Below, piece after piece: positions 49,742-64,000 of a stretch of 64,000 nt of DNA. Source of the stretch: Amphiscolops sp. MND2022 (taxonomy: Eukaryota); NCBI GenBank assembly GCA_964187785.1, contig OZ076415.1, forward strand, positions 18,910,001 to 18,974,000, in the 5' to 3' direction. Position 1 is the stretch's first letter. Each line of letters opens with the position of its first letter. The translations under genes were made by a program, and so were the position numbers. The notes beneath the pieces are model-generated. The model saw only the letters and a list, made by a program, of their open reading frames with translations, was not told the DNA's origin and did not search any database.

Positions 49742-52700
49742 ATGGAAGACGAACAAGACAACTTAACGGGAGAAGCAAGCAGCCAATCACTCCCAAACAA
49801 TACAACAGCGAGATCGGCAGAACGGACAACAACACAAAAGTTGCAAATTCCGATCTTAGAAAAAACCGATCACACCAGTGCAAAACTCTGGTGGAGAAAA
49901 TTCACCCAATACATTAAAATGACACGGGAAATAGATCTATCAAAGATGACCAACTCCAAAGAAGTGCTTCCCCAATTCAGAGACCAACTCGAAGACGAAA
50001 TAAAAGACGTCTTCATCTGGGCGGTCGGGCAAGCAGCACTCACCGAAATGACAAAGACGGTAAGAGTAAGAGAACCAAATTCTCTACCATTATACCGTCT
50101 TTACGCGCTATTCAGACTACACTTTATTCCGGAACGGAACAAACACCATAGCAGAGCCGATTTCTTCAACTTAAAGCGGGAACCCGGAGAATCCGCAGCA
50201 GAAACATGGAAAAGAATACTCGAAATTGAGAAAAACTGCGAATTCGCAGAAATAACAGCGGCAGAACTGCTGGCGTCAAAATTTCTTTCAGTGATCGGGA
50301 AAACCACGGGAGACAATGATCTAAAAAAGAAAATAAAGAAAGGGGACATGTCGGTAGAAGCAATAACCGACACAATCCACGAATACATGTATGAAAAAAT
50401 GAACGAATCCCGAGATACGGAAGAAGAAACAAAAATGAAACACGTGGACAGAAAAAGAAGCTACCAAAAACCGGAAAGAAACAAACCAAATAAACTCAGA
50501 AAAGTCGACTGCATTAGATGCGGAGCACCAAACTGGAACAAACAACATGATTGCCCAGCAAAAACAAAAAAGTGCCTAAATTGCGGAAAAACTGGTCACT
50601 ACGCAAAATTTTGCCGTACAAAACAGAGAACGGACCGAAGGATAAAACACATTCATCCGGAATCAGAAGCAACAAGCGCAGAAGAAGACGAATGGACACC
50701 AAACAAAATTCACCTTATCACGAAAACAATCCATTCAACAAAACAAACAGCCAGTGACGGACAGCCATTCATCACAAAAACGGCATTGGTTAATAACCGT
50801 CCAATCAAATTCATTATAGACAGCGGATCACCGGTCACCCTGATTCCAAAACAAATGTTCAACCAAATAACACCAATGAGGTCACTACAAACCGAATACA
50901 GAGATGTAAACAACAACAAAATCCAATTCGAAGGAAAAACAATAGCTAACGTTGAAATCAACGGGGAAACAAAAAAGCTAGAACTACTGATAACTACGAA
51001 AAAAACGAATCCATTACTTGGACTAGATTGGATGAAACAACTGGGGATAAAGCTAGAAATGGAGAAGACTAACCCGAAGATCCAGAATGTAAAAGAAGAC
51101 CCGGACACAACTGAGTTGAAAAGAAAATTCAAAAAATTATTCCACGAAAATAAAACAATAAAAGGAATAGAAGTAGATATCGAACTAAAACCGGACGCCA
51201 AGTTAATACAACAAAAAGGTCGTCCGATACCATTACATCTACAACCAGCAGTTGGTAAAGAAATCGAAAAGCTGAAGAAAAATGGACACATCGAGAAGGC
51301 AACAAACGTCAACGAAAAATGTTTTGTCAGTCCGGCAGTAATAACCGTAAAAAAGACAAATCGGTAAAAATTGCTTAAGATTCACGGAAACTAAATGAAA
51401 TAACCGTGAAACGGAAAACACAAATGCCGAATATGGAGGAACTCATCTCACGAATATCCAGGAAAATAGCAGACGGGGCATCCGACCAAATATGGATAAC
51501 TAAATTCGACTTGGATTACGCCTACGGACAAATGCAGCTATCAAAACACGCAATGGATCTGTCTATATTCGCGATAACCGGAGGCAACTTCACTGGATAC
51601 TACAGATTCTTGAAGGGATTTTACGGCCTGTCGGACATACCGACCATATTTCAAGAAAAGATAGACCAAACACTGGAGAATAAACATCCGGCGTGGTTAG
51701 ATGACATATTAGTCGTCACAAAAGGAACAAAAGAACAACATACACGTGAGTTAATCGAGGTATTAACAAAAGTAGAAAACGCAGGATACAGATTGAGCGA
51801 AAACAAAACAGAATTTTATAAAACCGAAACTGAGTGGGTGGGTCACAAAATTGACCAAAACGGTATTAGACCGTTACAAGATAAACTAAAAGCGATACAA
51901 GAATCAAAAGAACCAAAGAACGAAAAAGAACTGAAATCATTTCTAGGGGCAATTCAATACCTCTCGAAATACATTGAAAACCTGTCAGCACAAACTGATT
52001 TGTTAAGACAGTTGTTAAAAAAGAAAAACAACTGGAACTGGTCAACGGAACACTCCGAAGCATTCAACCAATTAAAGCACAAAATCACGGAAATACCGTG
52101 TCTCGTTCACTACAGCTCCGTTCGACCGAACACCCTCACAACCGACGCCAGTACAAAAGGATTGGGCGCAACCCTCTGGCAAGAACAAAAAAACGGCGAC
52201 TTAAAACCGATAGCATTCGCAAGCAGATTTCTATCGGACACAGAAAAAAAAATCAACGAGCTCGAATTATTAGCGGTAGTCTGGGGCCTAGAACATTTCC
52301 GACTATACATTTACGGCAAGCCCGTCAAATTATTGACGGATCACCAAGCACTAGAACCTCTAATTAAACGCAACCGCTCAAACAAAAACTACAGCGCACG
52401 CTTAACACGTTGGCTCGACCGATTAGCACACTTCACAATTAATGTCAACCATATAGTCGGTAAACATTTAGCTCTCACGGATTACTTGAGTAGAAATCCG
52501 ATCGAACTGGCGCAAAAGGACGAAGCATACGAAGAAGAGTATGTGATTAACAGCATAGCACCGCACTACGGATTTGTTTCAAAATTTGGTTGCCTTAGCA
52601 ACCACTTCAATCACTCACATCGCGAGAACGGACCAAAAGCAAACAATACGCGATCATCGGACAACGCGCGTGAACAAAACGCCATTAACAGCCTTAATCG

Positions 52701-55321
52701 CTTTTCAAACAGCAACGCAAATTTCAATCAAAATTCCGATCCGATAACAATGGACGCAAGAACCATTGACACGTATGAATCAATCGATTCTTCTCAAGAG
52801 ACTACAGATTTAATTGAGAGATGGCGAAACATTGTATAGCCGGGAGTGTACCGACTATCAAACGGTAAGTGGAAGAAATAGCACGAACCGAAGTTCCTCC
52901 GCAACGAGAGAAAAACTATTGAAGAAAGATTATTAGAAATTTTTAGCAGATTAGAAAGCCCGGCCGTAGAAAGTAGAAACCGGCCCATTCATAATCAACC
53001 ACAAAATGATTATCTACCCGACTGGCAGTTTACCGGAGCAAGAAACTTCGAAGGGGGATTCATCCCGAAAGATGCAAACCAACCCAGCACATCAACAGCT
53101 CGCCCGGAAGAAGCACCAATGGAGGAAGGGGAAATCTCGAGTGATTCCGAGATGGCTCCGTCGGTACTAGAAGTACCGACCATTAACTGGGCCAACTACT
53201 TAGGCATAACGAGTGTTCAATACATTAAGATGGGACATGCGCCAAGAATACAAGCAATTGAACCGAACAACTGGGACCACGAAAAAACCGTCAGGGAAAC
53301 CGAAAAAGAAATCGCAACGGACCTCCAGTTATTAATGACGGAAACGACAAACGACCCGAAGCTATTGAAAACACTCGTATGCTTAGAAAGAAAGCAATAC
53401 AACAGCATCCCCGAGGAATACAACCAATACAAGCGGAAATTATCCACAAGATATGGATTAGTATTCTTCGAAGAGAAAATTATTGTGCCCGCAAATCTAA
53501 GGACAACCGTCATCTCGCTCCTCCACAAAGGACACCCAGCAATTAACAAGATGACCATTGCAGCGAAACACTTCTGGTGGCCGAAGCTAACCGAGGCAGT
53601 CCAAAGAAAATGCGACAGCTGCATATCGTGTAAACTTTCCGGTAGAAATTTAAAACCCAATTTACCTAAGACGGAACAAAACCGTTTACCGCCATTGAAC
53701 TCGCCAAATGAAGAAATCCAATTGGATTTCATCGGACCAATCACGGAAGAGAACCGTAGATATTACATTTTACTATCCATTGACCGGTATAGTAAATGGC
53801 CGGCCGCCAGTTTGTGCAAAATAACGGACGGAGAAACAACTGTAAAATTTCTACAACAGTATATCCAACTGAACGGAATACCACAAACAATACGAACCGA
53901 TAAAGCGTCGGCGTTCACAGGTCGCTTCTTTAGAGAATTCTGTAAAAAGAACTACATTTCGATAATATACGGAACACCGTACATACATACCCCAACCGGC
54001 CTGTTGGAACGGGGCGTAAGAACTTTGAAGGAAAACTTATTAACGAATATAAAAGCGGGAGAACCATTCGGAAAAGCTCTCGACCCAGCATTGTACTTAA
54101 TGCGGACCACACCACACACCAGACTAAAAAATCGGCATTTGAACTACACTTCGGAAGGGAACCGAACACGGAACTGAGTAATATGTTAAATATAAATGAA
54201 ATAAAAAAATTAACAAATAACCATTCCTTTTTAGCAAAACCAGAGACTTTACAAGTCTACACATTCAGTGGAGAAGGCGGTAGCTCCGACCATCTGCCAA
54301 TGAAACAAAAGAGAAAATCGACAAAGACGGTAAGCGAATACACGTTTAAATTTTTCGAAAGAGAAAATCGAAAAACTAAGTTCGAGAGCCCCTACTCAGA
54401 TCAGTTAAAAACAGCAATAAAAGGGACCAATCATACGATAACTACAGCAGATAACAAAATAATCCATCGTAAACTATTTAGTAAACCAATTAAACCATTT
54501 GAACAGGAACCATCCAACAGAGGCACCGGACCAAGAGGACCGGACGGACGATTCGCCCGCAAAGAGAGCAAATCACCAGAAACCCCCAGAAAGTCCCAAT
54601 CACAAGAAGATCAATTGGACACCAGTCCAGAGCCACCGAACACCAAAAAGAACGGAACATTTGGCAGAGAAAGACCAAAAATGGCCAAACTGATCAGAGA
54701 AAAAGGACAGCAAAGCCCCTCCGAGTGAGACCTGGGAATGGCAGCCACGACGGCAGCGACGAACACCTAGGCACACTAACTGCAAATACAGAGCAAATGT
54801 CGGAATCCGACATTGAACAGATAATCGAGGACACACAAAAATCAGGCCAAGAACTTCATATCAGGGACCATAATGGTAAGGTAACCTACGATACTTTTGA
54901 TAAAATAGAAGAATCACACCTAGAACTAGCAAGCAATTTAAGTTCAAGCACTGAAATAGAAAAAGAACTAGAAAAAACAGAGGAAAATAACCTACGCCGG
55001 TCAAAACGCCTAACCAAAACCAATCCTATAGTAAGATTGAACAACCCAGTTAACCGAGATTGTTACAGGAAACACAGCAAAAAGACTAAATCTGCCACCT
55101 TTACTGGAGACACAGGAGGAGGCGTGAGAGCAGGACGGCGAAGAAAACAACTAAACCATTCAACGGAAAAACAAAATGCCAATCACGGAAGCCCGGATTC
55201 AACAATTGCTAATCACGAAAGCCCGGATTCAACAACTGCCAATCACGGAAGCCCGGATTCAATAACGTGGCCAGGGTACCGACCACAAAACTATGGACTG
55301 CAACGGAACCCCATTGGATAG
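49742..55321 (+). pseudogene. Gypsy-2 gag-pol polyprotein, broken by frameshifts and stops
   Basis: Zinc knuckles CIRCG..HDC and CLNCGKTGHYAKFC; IDSGS protease; WLDDIL RT; TDAS RNase H; HKGH..CDSC, QLDFIG, RTDKAS and ERGV integrase. Confidence 0.92.
55178..55267 (+). repeat. 3 x 30-bp coding tandem repeat (ANHGSPDSTI-like)
   Basis: GC(C/T)AATCACG(G/A)AAGCCCGGATTCAA repeated three times. Confidence 0.9.
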
Positions 55322-55555
55322 TTCCCATCCAGTTGTAGAGGGGGAAATGAAGAATAATGAACAACAGACAAATTTAGATTAACTGTTGATAAACAATCCG
55401 TTGCTATTTTTAGTTACCATTTGTTATTGTTGTTTACTAACAACTACGTAGTTCTCTAGAAAACCCAGCTTTCATTACGATAAACTTTTGCTCTAGAGAA
55501 AACATTGTTTCATACAAACTTTTGTATTACAAGTCTAGTTCGCAGTATACAACAG

Positions 55556-57062
55556 TCACATTCCGCAATGCTAGGTGTTCAGTTTCACTGGTTTTTCTGA
55601 TAACCAGAATATAAAATTTCACTCACTTCATTCAAGAACTCACTAGTTGAAAGAACAGTATGTGTGAAGGAACACTCAAAAGGTAGAGTCATAATGGCAT
55701 ACAATTGTATGCAATTATGAAGGATTATGAAGGTTTTAATTGAATTTAAAATTGTTCAAAATGGTATATGAAACGTGTTCAACTGGAACAGTGCTCAACT
55801 CCAGTTGACTCGGTTTTCCATATTATCTCAACTAATCAAAAGGCGCTAATCCGATTACCTTTATGTAATACAAGTACGATGTTACATCAAAAATAACAAT
55901 AAACTGTTTCCGCTGTCAGAATTCTTTAAAAGATCTTGGCGGGATCATGCAATTCTTTTTTGTCTGATATCAGGTTTTCTAAATGAATATCCTCCGATAA
56001 ATTTTGTCGATATTATCTGAGTTTTAGACGTGGAGGTTCGAAATTTTTGTGGTATATTCAAATTTTTGACCTTATGTCTGAACTATTTTACGTTTTACTA
56101 AGGAGGAGGCGGAGGTTCGAAAACAAGCGCTCCCATTTGACCCAGCACGCTCTATCCGAACTTTGGGCGTTATATCGGAAATAATTTTGTTTTACTGAGG
56201 AGGAGCAAAAGGATCAAAAAACGCTCGCATTTGTCTCAGCCCGCTATATCCGATCTTTTGAAGCGTTTTCCGAGCACGAAAAAACGTCCTGAGCATATTT
56301 TTCAAAGCTTGCGCCTTTTTGAGCCTAAGGTATAGCGACGACGATCCCGTCTTGTTATCATTTTTTTAATATTTGTATCTTAATTATGTACCACAGAATA
56401 CATTCAATGAGTTTTAGTATTTTAGGCCAGTTCAAAGAACATTCGAATTTCCATTCAAAAAATTCTGATAATGGGGACAGAAAAGAGATAATGGACCTAA
56501 AGGTTTTAATCAATCCTTGATTGATTGAAAACTACTTACAATGTTCCTATGATTTTTATTGGTTTGTTTCAGATCATCTTCAAAATTTATTACCGAGTTT
56601 GGCTGAAAGTGGCATGAATGAAACTTGGAAACTAGTTGTCTGTTGAGGACATCAGTGGGATTGTTGGTTTGAAAGCTGGCCCTGTCTGAATCATGTTTTC
56701 GATATTTTCATGTCTTTTTGACAATTTTCAGAGAATTTTTTGTTGATGGGATTGTATTATCGATATCTCGAAATTCAGATAAATCATTTGAGTTTTTCTT
56801 GGTTGCATTCGAAATTTCAGCTGCTGCGGAAGCTTTTGCAGGGATTTCCGTTAGAATTATAGGGATTACATTTTCCCCATACTTTGTTCATTGTAGGGTC
56901 TTTTCTCCAAAAGCTATGTGCTTTGATTTCTTTCAAAGCAGTGACTTGCTGTCATAATTTTCCAAGCTGCAGGGAAGTTTACTAAGATTCTACAATGCAT
57001 GCACTCTGAATTTTTTGTTTCATAAAAAGTTTTCAGCATGATTCCACAGAGCATGTTAAAAG
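55556..57062. repeat. Right copy of the Gypsy-2 flanking duplication, with an extra ~735 bp at about 55962-56695
   Basis: Direct alignment to 48712-49489. Confidence 0.88.
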
Positions 57063-57340
57063 TTCAAGCAGTTCTCATTACATTACATTTTGATCTCCAA
57101 TATCAGCATGGATTTATGTATCAGCTCTAATACAGGTTCCAATTCGGATAAAAGCAAAAAATGACTCGATCTATTCAATATCAGGCGATTTCGTCTGATG
57201 AACAGCTGCAAGTATGATAACCGTCTGCGATAATTTCTCTGCGTAGGAGGCTTTCACAGCTAAATTTGTTGACATCTAAGTTAGAACCTATTTGAGTTAA
57301 TTTTGGGCTGTTTGAGTAGTTTTCCAGCTGTTTGAGTAGT

Positions 57341-57371
57341 AATGTTCCAGAATATTCTAGAATTTAGTCAT
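57341..57371. promoter_or_regulatory. Heat-shock element cassette, distal copy
   Basis: TTCcaGAAtaTTCtaGAA: four alternating nGAAn units. Confidence 0.75.
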
Positions 57372-57732
57372 GTAAAAGGTTAACTTTTGTTTTCACCATG
57401 CTTCGCTGAAAACGAATTTTTGATCACAGCTCACGCATGAAGGATTTTTTCTTTCGATTCATGAATTCCACCTTTTGATAACTGAAAACAAGGCAGTGAA
57501 TCCAATCGACTCAATTGTCACATGATTAACGTCTTCCATCAGCAATTGAAATCATCGATATGTGCTCTTCGAACAGTTTTTGACGCTGTAAAGTAGTCCC
57601 ACACTGATCTGCCGATTAAAAGCAAATGAATTTTTTTTCCAATTTTTTAAATGTCTTGTCTTTGAATGGCACTGTGTAAACTTTCAGAAAATGATGTTTT
57701 CAAAGAGTTTGAAAATTCAGAACTAGAATTTA

Positions 57733-57772
57733 AATGTTCTAGAATATTCTAGAATTTAGTCATATTCCAGAA
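57733..57772. promoter_or_regulatory. Heat-shock element cassette, proximal copy
   Basis: TTCtaGAAtaTTCtaGAA followed by TTCcaGAA, just upstream of the HSP90 non-coding first exon (donor GTAAGT at 57887). Confidence 0.85.
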
Positions 57773-58037
57773 GACGCGAAATGAATCAATCAGTGAATCA
57801 CTTTTTCTGCTTACGTTTGAATCACCGTTCGCTCTTTGCTAGCATCTTGAATCTCTGGAAGTGAGCATTTTACGTAACTATCGAAGGTAAGTTCTCATCA
57901 GTTTTTTTACTTACGCGTGAGTCATTACCTAGAGAGTCGAAGTATACTGATAGCCGACGTGATTCTTTAACTAGCGATTTATTTTTTGCTTCTTTGAAAG
58001 TTCTATAATATCTGTGATTTTCATAATGTCTGTTTAG

Positions 58038-63965
<5,928 letters not shown>

Positions 63966-64000
63966 ATTTGCCACTACTTAACTTGACAGCGTTTCTAGAT

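Larger units (their letters stand above)
49487..55554 (+). mobile_element. Ty3/Gypsy LTR retrotransposon (Gypsy-2), 6.07 kb, fused gag-pol, decayed
   Basis: LTRs at 49487-49691 (lacks the first TG) and 55348-55554. PBS TGGCGCAGC at 49692; PPT AGAGGGGGAAA at 55337-55347. Confidence 0.95.

Overview
Repeat-rich eukaryotic (metazoan-type) genomic DNA with two host genes. AK6 has exons at 20759-21023 and 34560-34879 around a 13.5-kb intron filled with antisense LINEs. Cytosolic HSP90 (58038-63965) has 4 coding exons and duplicated heat-shock elements; its introns appear to host three box C/D snoRNA copies and one H/ACA snoRNA. The most unusual object is a 16.2-kb Ty3/Gypsy LTR retrotransposon (2073-18240, 2.4-kb LTRs, CAGGA target-site duplication) inserted into a LINE endonuclease. 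Besides gag and a -1 frameshifted pol, it carries an antisense 7-exon gene of about 1120 codons that resembles a catalytically degenerate hAT transposase with a BED-like zinc finger. It also carries a divergently oriented acidic ORF running into the 3' LTR, with a cluster of 17-bp palindromes between the two. The rest is decayed CR1/L2-like LINEs (two with a separate upstream SGNH-esterase ORF), CRE-like fragments, a 3 x 2.7-kb tandem array behind AK6, a second 6-kb Gypsy flanked by a 778-bp direct duplication, and a nested MITE/retroelement stack in HSP90 intron 1. All family assignments come from motif recognition by eye; no searches were run.
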